64,000 nucleotides of DNA from a bacterium (GTDB lineage Bacteria; Joyebacterota; Joyebacteria; Joyebacterales; Joyebacteraceae), in the NCBI GenBank assembly GCA_025774545.1, contig JALGVU010000004.1, positions 2,130 to 66,129 on the forward strand, read 5' to 3'. Positions 1-9,576 of this stretch are shown here, in pieces; position 1 is the first letter of the stretch, and every line of letters begins with the position of its first letter. The notes beneath the pieces were generated by a model. The model worked only from the letters and a program-made list of their open reading frames with translations. It was not told the DNA's origin and searched no databases. A program made the translations under genes and the position numbers.

Positions 1-118
1 CGTCGCTGATGACGACCGCCACCTCCACGTCGATCTCGCCGGCGAGTGAACGATCGATGATCGCCTGGAGGTTCGAACCTCCGCCGGACGCGAGGACGCC
101 CACCTTGAGTTTCGCCAT
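1..118 (-). CDS. purN: phosphoribosylglycinamide formyltransferase PurN, N-terminal 39 codons only (gene runs off left edge)
   Basis: Reverse strand translates MAKLKVGVLASGGGSNLQAIIDRSLAGEIDVEVAVVISD, the classic PurN N-terminus with the GSNLQAI motif; GAGGAGGAG RBS 6 nt upstream of the ATG at 118. Confidence 0.7.
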   Translation of the reverse strand, partial: MAKLKVGVLASGGGSNLQAIIDRSLAGEIDVEVAVVISD

Positions 119-140
119 GTCGCTCCTCCTCAGAGCGGAT

Positions 141-1190
141 TCACCTCGGCCCGTGCGCGTCCTTCCCTGCCCGTCGTCGGCGGGACCCGAGGCTGCCTCG
201 ATATATCTCCTTCAGTGTCGCACGATCCGGAGCGGGCAGGAAGGCGGAAGTCGCGCCCGCGATCACGAGGCGATCGATCGCTTCGGGGCCGAGGTCGAGG
301 ACCTCGGCCGCGAGGTCGTACTCGCGAGAGATCGTCGTGTTCGAGAAGAAGCGGTTGTCGGTGGCGAGCGTTGCCGGGACGCCCGCCTCGATGAGCGCGG
401 GGAGCGGGTGCTCGTCGATCCGAGCGACGGCGCCCGTGTGCACGTTGCTCGTGAGGCAGACCTCGACGGCGACGTCGCGCTCGCGCAGGAGGGCCATCAC
501 GTCCGGGTCGTCGGCGGCCGACGTGCCGTGCCCGATCCGCTCGGCGCCGAGAACGGTGACGGCGTCGCGGACGTGGGACGGGTCGTGCCCCTCGCCCGCG
601 TGGACCGTCACGTGGAGCCCCGCGTCGCGCGCGGCGCGGAATGGGCGCTCGTAGCGTCGCGCGTCGAAGAGCGCCTCGTTTCCCGCCAGGCCGACGCCGG
701 CGACGCCGGAGCCGCGATGACGCGCCGCGAGAGAGACGAGCTCGTGAGCCTCGTCCGCGTCCATCCCCTCGATCACCGCGATCACGACGACCGCGCTCAC
801 CCAGTCGTCGGGGACCCGTGCGTGCACCCGCGTCACCCCGTCCTCGATGCCCCGGAGGACCGATTCGACGACGGCATCCGCGGCGAGCCCGCGCCGCGTG
901 TGGAGCACCGGGCACAGCCGGATCTCAGCGTGGCGAACGCCGTCCAGGTAGCAATCCCAGACGAGCTCGGCGGCGGCCCGTGTGAGCGCGCCCTCCGTCT
1001 GGAGGAGGCCGATCGTCGTCCCGAACCTGGCGAGGCACGACGGGAGCGTCATGCCTGGGTGGAACCGGAGCCGCTCGGCGAGGTCGTCGCCTCCTCCCGC
1101 GGGGCAGACGCCCTCGATGGATGCAAGCTCGACGAGGGTCTCTGTCCGAAGCGAACCGTCGAGGTGAACGTGCAGATCGGAGGCGAGCAT
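141..1190 (-). CDS. add: adenosine deaminase (ORF extends to 1268; conserved core starts at MLASDLHVHLDGS)
   Basis: HVHLDGS metal-binding motif, TSNxxT and 'VTVHAGE' motifs of the adenosine/AMP deaminase family; start chosen at the Met preceding the conserved N-terminus. Confidence 0.8.
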   Translation of the reverse strand: MLASDLHVHLDGSLRTETLVELASIEGVCPAGGGDDLAERLRFHPGMTLPSCLARFGTTIGLLQTEGALTRAAAELVWDCYLDGVRHAEIRLCPVLHTRRGLAADAVVESVLRGIEDGVTRVHARVPDDWVSAVVVIAVIEGMDADEAHELVSLAARHRGSGVAGVGLAGNEALFDARRYERPFRAARDAGLHVTVHAGEGHDPSHVRDAVTVLGAERIGHGTSAADDPDVMALLRERDVAVEVCLTSNVHTGAVARIDEHPLPALIEAGVPATLATDNRFFSNTTISREYDLAAEVLDLGPEAIDRLVIAGATSAFLPAPDRATLKEIYRGSLGSRRRRAGKDAHGPR

Positions 1191-1382
1191 GCGGCGATCC
1201 GGGGACGGGGGCCCGTGGTTGCTGTCATCTGGAGCCGTCTTCCGGGAACTCGATGCTTGACGGCCCATCGCATCGGAGCATAAGTTGGGTGGGGTCCCGC
1301 GTCAAGCCCGGCCGGGTGGCAGCCCGGCGCGACGGGGCCCGATCGCTTCTGACGGCCGCGTCCCTCAAGATCCGGAGACTCG

Positions 1383-2636
1383 ATGGCGACTGCTCAAGCT
1401 CCCACCCACGCTGTTCTCGACAACGGCCTCGTCGTGTTGGCCGCGCCCGTGCGGGGCTCGTCGCTCGTGGCCACCACGCTCCTCTACCGCGTCGGTTCGT
1501 ACCACGAGGTCCCGGGCAAGACCGGCCTCGCGCACCTCATGGAGCACATGATGTTCCGCGGAACGGAGCGATACCCGCGAGGCGCCATCGACGCGGCGAC
1601 GGGAGCGCGCGGCGGGGTGAACAACGCGCTGACGACCGCCGACTACACCGCCTACTACTTTGTTCTCCCCGCGGAACACTGGCGCGTCCCGCTCGAGCTC
1701 GAGGCCGATCGCATGTTCGGCTGCACGCTCGACCGTGCGTCCTTCGAGGTCGAGAAGCGGGTCGCGATCGAGGAGCGCAAGATGTTCGACGACGATCCCG
1801 AGGCCGCGCTCGACGAGGCGGTCGATTCGATCGCGCTCACGCGTCATCCCTACCGCCATCCCGTCGTCGGTCTTCGGGAGGACCTTCCCGGGCTCGGGCA
1901 CGACGACCTCCGGAGCTTCTACCGGGCGCACTACGGACCGAACAACGCCGTCCTGGCGGTCGCGGGCGACGTGGACCCGGAGCGGGTCATCGACGCCGCG
2001 CGCGAGCACTTCGGAGATCTTCCCAGGGTGCGGCTGTCGAGCGCGTCCCCAATCGCCGAGCCCCCGCAGACGACCCCGCGCCGCGTCGTGATCGAGCGCG
2101 AGGACGCGGCCGCCCCGCAGGCCGTCGTCGTCTACCGATGTCCGTCGGCGACCGACGAGAACGCGCCGGCCGTTGAGGTCCTCGCGGCGATTCTCGGGAC
2201 GGGCAGGGGGTCGCTCCTCCACCGGAGGTTCGTGGTGGGTGACGCCATCGCGGCGGAGGTCTCCGCGATGAGGCTCCTCCAGCGCGATCCGGGGCTCTTC
2301 TACGTCGCCGCGCAGCTCCACCCGGACGTCGAACCGGAGACGTTCGAGGACGGCGCCCTCTCGATCATCGAGGAGCTTCGCGGCAGCGGCGTCACCGAGG
2401 AGGACGTCGAGCGCGCGAAGAACGTGATTCGTCTCGATCTTCTCCTCGGCCGCGAGACGTGCCTGGGTCTCTCGGGAGCGCTCGGGTTCTGGGAGACGCT
2501 GGGAGGTTGGCGGTTGGGGGACGCGTATGAGGAGCGGCTCGACGCCGTCCGGCCCGACGACGTCGCCGGAGTTCTCGAGATCTACTTCGACCCCGATTCG
2601 AGGAGCAGCGCATGGCTCACGCCTCGCGGCGAGTAG
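1383..2636 (+). CDS. M16 family zinc peptidase, active subunit (insulinase/pitrilysin-like)
   Basis: HLMEH inverted zinc-binding motif (HxxEH) at residues ~51-55, typical M16 fold length (417 aa). Confidence 0.8.
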   Translation: MATAQAPTHAVLDNGLVVLAAPVRGSSLVATTLLYRVGSYHEVPGKTGLAHLMEHMMFRGTERYPRGAIDAATGARGGVNNALTTADYTAYYFVLPAEHWRVPLELEADRMFGCTLDRASFEVEKRVAIEERKMFDDDPEAALDEAVDSIALTRHPYRHPVVGLREDLPGLGHDDLRSFYRAHYGPNNAVLAVAGDVDPERVIDAAREHFGDLPRVRLSSASPIAEPPQTTPRRVVIEREDAAAPQAVVVYRCPSATDENAPAVEVLAAILGTGRGSLLHRRFVVGDAIAAEVSAMRLLQRDPGLFYVAAQLHPDVEPETFEDGALSIIEELRGSGVTEEDVERAKNVIRLDLLLGRETCLGLSGALGFWETLGGWRLGDAYEERLDAVRPDDVAGVLEIYFDPDSRSSAWLTPRGE

Positions 2637-3967
2637 CGCGGTCAGTCTTGGACAGCGGCCTGGTCGTGCTGGTCGACGAGCCGGATTCCCTCCCGGTCGT
2701 GAACCTGCTTCTGTCGCTCGATGCGGGCGCACGGCGGGACGCCGACGGGCTCCTCGGCCTCGCGTCGATCGTCGGGAGCCTCACGGCGGACGGTGCGGCC
2801 GACGTCTCCCCCGATGATCCGGCCATCCTGCTCGAGGCGGAGGGGGCGAGCCTCGACGTCGTGACGGGATACGAGCGAACGTCGATCTCGGTGACGGGGC
2901 TCTCGGCTCGGTTCGACGAGATCGTGGAGCTTCTCACGCAGCTCGTGCGGACGCCGCGGGCGACGGCCGACGACCTCGAGGCGGCGCAGCGCTCCCAGCT
3001 CACGGAGATCGCCGAGGAGGAGAGCGAGCCCTACCTGATCTGTCGGCGCGAGTTCTTCCGCGAGGTATACGGAGAGCATCCCCGCGGCCGTCAGGTCGCG
3101 GGATCGCGGGAGTCCGTCGAGCGGATAACGCGGGGCGACGTTCTGGAGTTCCGTCGCCGTCACTTCGTACCCGGCGGGGCGGTGCTCGCGGTGGCGGGCG
3201 ACGTCGACGCCGCGACGGCCGGGAGAACGATCGAACGGGCCTTCGCTGGTTGGACCGGGTCCGTTCCACCGGAGCCGCGCCCTCCGCTGCCTCCCCGCTT
3301 GAGCGAGAGCGTGACGCGCCGCATCCCGATGGCGCGGGAGCAGGTCCACGTGTCGCTCGGCGGTCTCGGGCTCGCCCGTTCGGATCCCGCCTACTACGCC
3401 GCGGCGGTTCTGGACGTCGTGCTGGGAGACAGCGCGGGGTTCGGATCGCGCCTGGCGACCCGTCTGCGCGAGGAGGCGGGGCTCGCCTACGTCGTCGAGA
3501 GCGACACGTGCGCGACCGCCGGGATCGATCCCGGCGTCTTCTGGGCGTACACGGCCACGTCGCCCGAGCACGTCGAGAGCGCGATCGACGGGATCCTCGA
3601 CGAGATGAGGCGCGTGCGCCGCGAGCCGCTGACGTCGGGCGAGCTCGAGTCCGCCATCGCCTACCTCCACGGGCGACACGAGCTCGAGCGCGAAACGGGC
3701 GAGTCGCGCGTCGTGCGTCTCGTGAGGGCTGAGCGATACGGTCTCGGCCTCGACTACGACGATCGCTACCGCTCGTTGGTCGAGTCGGTGACCGCCGACG
3801 ACGTGCTGGCGGTCGCGCGGCGGGTCGTCGATCCGGACCGGAGCGCGATCGTCGTGGTCGGCCCCGAAAGCGAGTCCGAAACCGAGGCCGGACGCGGTCC
3901 GGGAAGCGCGCCGGAACCGGGAAGCGCCCCGCGGCCCGACGTCGCGCCCGAGACCGGCCGGCCCTGA
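2612..3967 (+). CDS. M16 family peptidase-like protein, non-catalytic partner subunit
   Basis: Same domain architecture and N-terminal 'LDNGLVVL'-like region as the upstream gene but lacks HxxEH; 25-nt overlap with the upstream gene suggests a heterodimeric pair; low-complexity Pro/Glu/Ser tail. Confidence 0.65.
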   Translation: MAHASRRVARSVLDSGLVVLVDEPDSLPVVNLLLSLDAGARRDADGLLGLASIVGSLTADGAADVSPDDPAILLEAEGASLDVVTGYERTSISVTGLSARFDEIVELLTQLVRTPRATADDLEAAQRSQLTEIAEEESEPYLICRREFFREVYGEHPRGRQVAGSRESVERITRGDVLEFRRRHFVPGGAVLAVAGDVDAATAGRTIERAFAGWTGSVPPEPRPPLPPRLSESVTRRIPMAREQVHVSLGGLGLARSDPAYYAAAVLDVVLGDSAGFGSRLATRLREEAGLAYVVESDTCATAGIDPGVFWAYTATSPEHVESAIDGILDEMRRVRREPLTSGELESAIAYLHGRHELERETGESRVVRLVRAERYGLGLDYDDRYRSLVESVTADDVLAVARRVVDPDRSAIVVVGPESESETEAGRGPGSAPEPGSAPRPDVAPETGRP

Positions 3968-6432
3968 GCCCCGAGAGCCAGCCTCCGTCCGCTCGCCCAT
4001 CCCTCGACGATCGTTCCCGAACCGAGAACCCGCACCAGCACCGCGCCGTCCAGGTCGGTCCGGAAGACCGACGCGCCGCTCGACTCGAGCCGCTCGACGA
4101 CGCGCCGGTGAGGGTGGCCGTGCCGGCTCCGCAGCCCCACCGAGATGACCGCGACCGTGGGCCGGGCCTCCCGGAGGAACGGCCCGGTCGACGAGGTCGC
4201 CGATCCGTGGTGGGCCACCTTCAGGACGTCGGCGGGTGGGACGCCGGCGCTCGAGACGAGCGCGAACTCCGCGTCCCGCTCGATGTCCCCCGTGAGGAGC
4301 AGCGTCGGTCCGACGTCGACCGAGACGACGAGCGAGCGGTCGTTCTCGGAGAGCGATTCGAGACTGCGGTCGCCGTCGGGCCAGAGGACGACGAGCGCGT
4401 GCGGGCCTGACGCGAGGATCGTGTCGCCCCGCGCCACTTCGACGACCGGCACGCCGGCCCGCTCGGCCGCGGCCGCGACCTTGGAGAGCGCTGGACGGTC
4501 CCGGCCTCCGGGCGGAAGGACCAGCCTCCCGACGCGCACGTTGGCGAGGACGGCGGCCGCTCCCCCGGCGTGATCGGCGTGGCCGTGCGTGACGACGATC
4601 GCCTCGAGCCGCCTGATCCCGTTTCTCGCGAGATACGGAAGGACGACGTCGCGTCCCGCGTCCCGTCGGCTCCAGGCCTCGCCGCCGGGCCCCGCATCGA
4701 TCAGCACGTGGCGACCGCGGGGGACCGACACGAGCGCGGCGTCGCCGTCACCCACGTCGAAGAAGATCACCTGCGGGTAGCTGCTTCCCGGTCCCGTCGC
4801 GGCGAGCGCGACGGCCATGGTGACGGTAGCCGCGAGCACACAGACCGAGACGCGGCGCGCGCCCGTTGAGCGCCGACCCCTGGTCGCCGCGACCAGCGCG
4901 ACGACGACCCCGAGCGCCACGGGCCAGAATCGCCCGGCGACGGCCACCGACGCCCAGCGCGGCGCCGCCGCGAGGGCCGCGGCGGCGCTCATGCCCCGCA
5001 CGGAGAGCCACACGGTCGAAGCGAAGATCGACGACAGCCACGGCGCGACCGGGCCGCTGGCGAGCATCGCGATGCCCGATCCGACCGTGAGCCCCGCGAG
5101 AGGAACCACAACGAGGTTCGCCAGCGGGGCGATGAGCGAGATCTCGCCGATGTGCGCGATCATGACCGGCGCGACACCGAGCTGCGCGCCGAGCGAGATC
5201 GAGAGCGGACCGGCGAGCCGCTCCGCGACGGCGCGGGCCCGCGGGGTCTGCTTCGACGCGGTGGCGTCCCGCGGCCGGAGCCGGCCCACGAGCGCGCCGC
5301 GGATGGGGCCCGCGAGCAGGAGAATGCCGAGCGTCGCCGCGAAGGAGAGCTGGAAGCCGAGGTCGAACAGGGACCCGGGGCGGACGAGAAGAAGCGCGAG
5401 CGCAGCCACCCCGACGGTGTTGAGCGACGGGCACCGCCGCTCGAGCGAGCCCGAGAGTATGAGCGCGGTCGCCATCGTCACGGCCCGGACGACCGAGGGA
5501 CGCGGGCCGACGACGCACGCGAAGGCGACGAGGAAGGGAACGACGGCGAGCCTGGCCGCTCGCGGCGGCACGCGCGCGCTGCGGAGCAGGGCGTAGACGA
5601 TGAGGCCGATGAGGCCGACGTGGAGGCCCGAGACCGCGAGGACGTGGACGACTCCCGAACGCCGGAACGCGTCGAGAAGCAGGTCGGGCAGGTCGGAGCG
5701 GCGCCCGAGCAGGAGACCCGTGGTCACGGCTGCCGTGTGTGGATCGAGCCGGCGGGCGATCGAACGTTCGACCCAGGCCGCGGCCCCTCCCGAACCACCG
5801 CCGCCGGTGAGGAGCGTCGAACGGTCGACGTCGAAGGTCGCGTGGATCGAGCGGTTCGAGAGGTACGACGCGAAGTCGAACCCACCGGGGTTGCGGGCGC
5901 CGCGCGGAGGCTCGATCGTTCCCGCAAGACTCAGAAGGTCGCCGCGGGTAGGCGTCGGTGCGCCGCGAGGGAGCGAGGCCCACGCGAGGCCCGACGCCGG
6001 AACGGGGGCGCCGCCCCGGGCCGAGTCGCGCGCGGCGATCGCCCGGGCGACGATCCGGGGGCGATCGGTCGATCCTCCCCGAACCTCGAGAACGCGCGCG
6101 TCGATCTCGATGCGCGCGGCGGTCGCGACGAGGGACACGTCGTCTCTGGCCACCCGCTCGTGGCGCACCTCGTGCCAGAGGGCCCCGGCCGGGAGGAGCG
6201 CTGCCAGAAGCGCCACGTCGGCGAGAACGGCCCGCGCGGCGCCGCCGCGACTCGGCCGCGACCCTCCCCTTCCGACAACGATGTTGACACCCGTTGGGAG
6301 CGCGAGGAGGAGCGCCAAGGCCGCCGGCACGGCCGGCGGTCCGATGCCGAGCGCCCCGGAGAGCGCGATTCCGGCCGCGACGGAGACGGCGCAGAGCGCC
6401 GCGGGGATCCTGGCGTGGCAGATCGGCCGCAC
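3766..6432 (-). CDS. comEC: DNA internalization-related competence protein ComEC/Rec2 (DUF4131 + competence membrane domain + metallo-beta-lactamase domain)
   Basis: Polytopic membrane core, C-terminal MBL motif VVTHGHADHAGG and LKVAHHGS; 888 aa. Confidence 0.8.
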   Translation of the reverse strand: MRPICHARIPAALCAVSVAAGIALSGALGIGPPAVPAALALLLALPTGVNIVVGRGGSRPSRGGAARAVLADVALLAALLPAGALWHEVRHERVARDDVSLVATAARIEIDARVLEVRGGSTDRPRIVARAIAARDSARGGAPVPASGLAWASLPRGAPTPTRGDLLSLAGTIEPPRGARNPGGFDFASYLSNRSIHATFDVDRSTLLTGGGGSGGAAAWVERSIARRLDPHTAAVTTGLLLGRRSDLPDLLLDAFRRSGVVHVLAVSGLHVGLIGLIVYALLRSARVPPRAARLAVVPFLVAFACVVGPRPSVVRAVTMATALILSGSLERRCPSLNTVGVAALALLLVRPGSLFDLGFQLSFAATLGILLLAGPIRGALVGRLRPRDATASKQTPRARAVAERLAGPLSISLGAQLGVAPVMIAHIGEISLIAPLANLVVVPLAGLTVGSGIAMLASGPVAPWLSSIFASTVWLSVRGMSAAAALAAAPRWASVAVAGRFWPVALGVVVALVAATRGRRSTGARRVSVCVLAATVTMAVALAATGPGSSYPQVIFFDVGDGDAALVSVPRGRHVLIDAGPGGEAWSRRDAGRDVVLPYLARNGIRRLEAIVVTHGHADHAGGAAAVLANVRVGRLVLPPGGRDRPALSKVAAAAERAGVPVVEVARGDTILASGPHALVVLWPDGDRSLESLSENDRSLVVSVDVGPTLLLTGDIERDAEFALVSSAGVPPADVLKVAHHGSATSSTGPFLREARPTVAVISVGLRSRHGHPHRRVVERLESSGASVFRTDLDGAVLVRVLGSGTIVEGWASGRRLALGAQGRPVSGATSGRGALPGSGALPGPRPASVSDSLSGPTTTIALRSGSTTRRATASTSSAVTDSTNER

Positions 6433-6556
6433 GAGCGAGAGGCTCCTGGGGACGAACGGGGTCCATCCAAACGGAGCATCATCCGTACCTGAATGCAGGC
6501 GGTGTCGGTCGTGCTCGAAGTCGCTTGGTGTCGGCCGTACTCGAAAGCAGGTGGGA

Positions 6557-7918
6557 TCACCCTTCCGGGCCGAGTCGTCGGACCACGACGACCGTCATGT
6601 CGTCGGACGCCGTGCCCGGGCCGGCGAAGGAGTCCGCCTCCGTGATGAGCACCGACGCCATCACGCGCGCCGGCGCGCCGCGGGTTCTCGAGGCGGTCTC
6701 GATGATCCTCGCCTCGCCGAACGGCTCGTCTCCGTGCATCGCATCCGTGAGGCCGTCGGTGTAGATGATCAGGTAGTCGTTCGGCTCGATGTGAGTCCTT
6801 CCCTCGACGTACGTGATCCCCTCGAAGGTCCCGACGACCGTGCCGCCCTCCATCAGCCGCTCCACCTCGCCGGTCGCTCGCATGAGGAGAGGGGGATTGT
6901 GACCCGCGTTGACGTACGTGAGGGGCCCCTCGGGATCGAGCACGCCGTAGAAGAGGGTGGCGAAGTTCTCGGGCTCGGTGCTGCGGCACAGCGAGGTGTT
7001 CGCGCGCGCGATGATGGCGGCGATCGAGTAGATGTTCTCCACGTGCGATCTGAGCGTGCCCTGCAGCGACGCCGCGAGGAGGGCAGCCGGGACGCCCTTG
7101 CCGGACACGTCCGCGACCGCCACGCCGAGGTGGCGGTCCGGCAGCTCGAGGTAATCGAAGAAGTCCCCGCTGATCGTCTGGGTCGGGAGGTTCATCCCGG
7201 TGATCTCGTAACCCGGGACCTCCGGATCGGCGTCGGGGAGCAGACGCTCCTGAATCGTCCGGCCGAGATCGAGCTCGCGCTCGAGGCGGCGGCGGCTGGC
7301 GGCCTCCTCCTTGGCCCGGATGGCGTTCGCGTGGTTGCGCGCGTTGATGATCGCGACGCTCGCGACGCTCGCGAGCGCGGAGAGGAAGTCGCGGTCCCTC
7401 TCGCTGAACGCGTCGAGCTTCGGGCTCTGAACGTCGAAGACGCCGACCACCTTGCCCCGGAACACGAGGGGAACGACGAGCTCCGACTTCGCGCCGATGA
7501 GCCCGACCAGGTAGCGCTCCTCCCTCGAGACATCAGGCACGATCAGCGCCTCGCCGGTCTCCGCCACCCGCCCCGTCACGCCCTTGCCCACCGCCAGCTC
7601 GATCTCCTGAACCATACTCGGCGGATACCCGTACCGAGCGGCCACCCTGAGCCGCTGCTTGTCCCGGTCGATCAGGAGAATCGTGCAATACTCGAACCCC
7701 AGGAATCGGTGCGTGAGATAGAGCAGACGTTCGAGCACAGTCTCGAGGTCGAGCGTCGACACGATCGTGCGGACCGCTTCGAGCAGCGTCTCGTGCTCGA
7801 TACGGAGGCCCGCGTCGCCGTCTCTCTCTCGCGCGTGGTCGGGCGGTCCCCCGCCGCTGTGCTCGTCGTTCACGTCGCCGTCCTTTCGAGGCGCCTTCCG
7901 TTGCCTCCGACATGCCAA
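6557..7918 (-). CDS. GAF-domain sensor fused to PP2C/SpoIIE-type serine phosphatase (RsbU-like)
   Basis: N-terminal GAF-like region; C-terminal PP2C motifs (ISGDFFDY ... GVAVADVSGKG ... IIYTDGLTDA ... DDMTVVVV). Confidence 0.7.
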   Translation of the reverse strand: MACRRQRKAPRKDGDVNDEHSGGGPPDHARERDGDAGLRIEHETLLEAVRTIVSTLDLETVLERLLYLTHRFLGFEYCTILLIDRDKQRLRVAARYGYPPSMVQEIELAVGKGVTGRVAETGEALIVPDVSREERYLVGLIGAKSELVVPLVFRGKVVGVFDVQSPKLDAFSERDRDFLSALASVASVAIINARNHANAIRAKEEAASRRRLERELDLGRTIQERLLPDADPEVPGYEITGMNLPTQTISGDFFDYLELPDRHLGVAVADVSGKGVPAALLAASLQGTLRSHVENIYSIAAIIARANTSLCRSTEPENFATLFYGVLDPEGPLTYVNAGHNPPLLMRATGEVERLMEGGTVVGTFEGITYVEGRTHIEPNDYLIIYTDGLTDAMHGDEPFGEARIIETASRTRGAPARVMASVLITEADSFAGPGTASDDMTVVVVRRLGPEG

Positions 7919-8013
7919 GTCCCCAGAATCTAGCAGCTGCGCGCGCCGCCCACAAGATCTAAGCCCGGGAGCGCACGACCTGGTACAATCGTCGGGACGA
8001 GAACGGAGGGAAC

Positions 8014-8898
8014 TTGCGTCTTCAGGCGAAGGAGCTCCGCGACAGGGCGAGTCGGCTCGACCGGCTGGGTGATCCCTGCCGGTTGTGTCCGCGTGCCTGC
8101 GGCTCGCGGAGGGGCGCCGGTGAGCTGGGGGCGTGCGGGGCGACGCTCGAGGTCGAGGTGGCGAGCTACGGACCGCACCACGGCGAGGAGAGCGTGCTCG
8201 TCGGCCGCCGAGGATCCGGGACGATCTTCTTCTCCCACTGCAACCTCAGGTGCATCTTCTGCCAGAACTACGACATCAGCCATCTCGGACGAGGCCGCCC
8301 GACCACGCCGGACGATCTCGCCGGCATGATGCTCGAACTCGCTTCCCTCGGGTGCGCCAACATCAACCTCGTGACGCCGACGCACTACGCGGCGGGCATC
8401 GTGGCGGCCCTCGCCCTGGCCGCCGACCGGGATCTCGCGCTCCCCATCGTCTACAACTGCGGCGGGTACGAGTCGGTCGAGGTGCTGCGCCTGCTCGACG
8501 GGGTCGTCGACGTCTACATGCCCGATGCGAAGTTCGCCGATCCGGTCGCGGCCGCGCGCTTGAGCGGCGCACCCGACTATCCCGAGGTGATGCTGGCGGC
8601 GCTCCGTGAGATGCAGCGCCAGGTCGGCGACCTCGCCGTGGGCGACGACGGGCTGGCGACGTCGGGACTCCTCGTGCGCCACCTGGTCATGCCGGGGAAC
8701 CTCGCCGCGAGCGACGCCGTGCTCGAGCGGCTGGCGAGCCAGGTGTCGTCCAGGCTCTCCGTCAACGTCATGTCCCAGTATCGTCCCTGTTTCCGGGCCG
8801 TCGGCGCCGAGGGGCCCGTCGGGAGGGCCGTCACGAGGCAGGAGCACAGGGAGGCGGTTCGGCTGGCCAGGGAGCTCGGCCTGCGGATCGTGCCTTAG
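8014..8898 (+). CDS. radical SAM enzyme, PflX / pyruvate formate-lyase activating enzyme-like family
   Basis: CNLRCIFCQN (CxxxCxxC) radical-SAM cluster motif, ~290 aa, PflX-like spacing; TTG start in ORF track. Confidence 0.7.
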   Translation: MRLQAKELRDRASRLDRLGDPCRLCPRACGSRRGAGELGACGATLEVEVASYGPHHGEESVLVGRRGSGTIFFSHCNLRCIFCQNYDISHLGRGRPTTPDDLAGMMLELASLGCANINLVTPTHYAAGIVAALALAADRDLALPIVYNCGGYESVEVLRLLDGVVDVYMPDAKFADPVAAARLSGAPDYPEVMLAALREMQRQVGDLAVGDDGLATSGLLVRHLVMPGNLAASDAVLERLASQVSSRLSVNVMSQYRPCFRAVGAEGPVGRAVTRQEHREAVRLARELGLRIVP

Positions 8899-8932
8899 GT
8901 CCGACCGTGCCCTCGGCCCGGCCGATCTCGCG

Positions 8933-9021
8933 CCCCAGGCCAGTCCGATCCTGGTGCTGGTGCCCCAGGCCAGCCCAATCCAGGTGCTGGTGCCCAGGCG
9001 CGAGCCCAATCCTGGTGATGG
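8933..9021. repeat. 3 x ~30-nt imperfect tandem direct repeat (CCCCAGGCCAGyCCrATCCwGGTGCTGGTG)
   Basis: Read directly: three contiguous copies immediately downstream of the radical SAM stop; no spacers, so not CRISPR. Confidence 0.6.
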
Positions 9022-9084
9022 AGCCTCAGGACCTTAGTGTGTCGCGCCTGGCAGATGCGTCGGTGAATGCTCGTCAGACCGATA

Positions 9085-9119
9085 CTTGACATGTTGTTTG
9101 ATATGTGGTACTCTTGAGT
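9085..9119 (+). promoter_or_regulatory. sigma70-like promoter: TTGACA (9085-9090), 17-nt spacer, TACTCT (-10)
   Basis: Perfect -35 hexamer and TAxxxT -10 in a locally AT-richer stretch ~95 nt upstream of a small ORF with a strong RBS. Confidence 0.4.
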
Positions 9120-9211
9120 TGAGTCGAGGAACTGCCCCGAGACCCGGGGAAGCTCGGAACGTTGGACACCCGGGCCGGCCGACAAAAAGCACCCGCAAGG
9201 AGCGAGCAAAC

Positions 9212-9400
9212 GTGAGCGCCACCGCGAAAACACTTGGGATCGTCGTTCCCGTCCTGATCGCGACCACGTTCTGCCTGACCGTGCCGTTCATCATTATCGT
9301 GGCGGACGCGGCGGTGCTCCTCGCTGCGATTCTGATGTTCGTCGCGGAGCGCATGGAAGCCGCTCGCGTCGTCGACGAGGGTTACGACACCATCGAGTAG
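9212..9400 (+). CDS. small hydrophobic membrane protein (62 aa), GTG start
   Basis: AAGGAG RBS 9 nt upstream of GTG; product MSATAKTLGIVVPVLIATTFCLTVPFIIIVADAAVLLAAILMFVAERMEAARVVDEGYDTIE has two predicted TM helices. Confidence 0.45.
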   Translation: MSATAKTLGIVVPVLIATTFCLTVPFIIIVADAAVLLAAILMFVAERMEAARVVDEGYDTIE

Positions 9401-9576
9401 ACCACGCGCTCCATCGAGGCTCAACATGAACGGCGCTCGGACCGGTCGTGACCGGCTCGGGCGCCGCTTCTCGTGTTCGTCCGCTCGGCGGCCCTTGGCG
9501 CTCGAGGTTCGTCCTCGATCGCCCGCGACCACCGTCCGTCTCGTCCGACCCGCCGCCGGCCCGTCGGGGTGAGCGC

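Noticed and set aside
8014-8898. AmmeMemoRadiSam system (the radical SAM enzyme resembles the PflX-like member of that triad)
   Set aside because: No AMMECR1 or MEMO1-like partner genes adjacent in this window. Left as a stand-alone PflX-like radical SAM protein
8933-9021. Possible CRISPR array (regular ~30-nt repeats)
   Set aside because: Repeats are directly abutting with no unique spacers. Only three copies and no cas genes, so this is a simple tandem repeat
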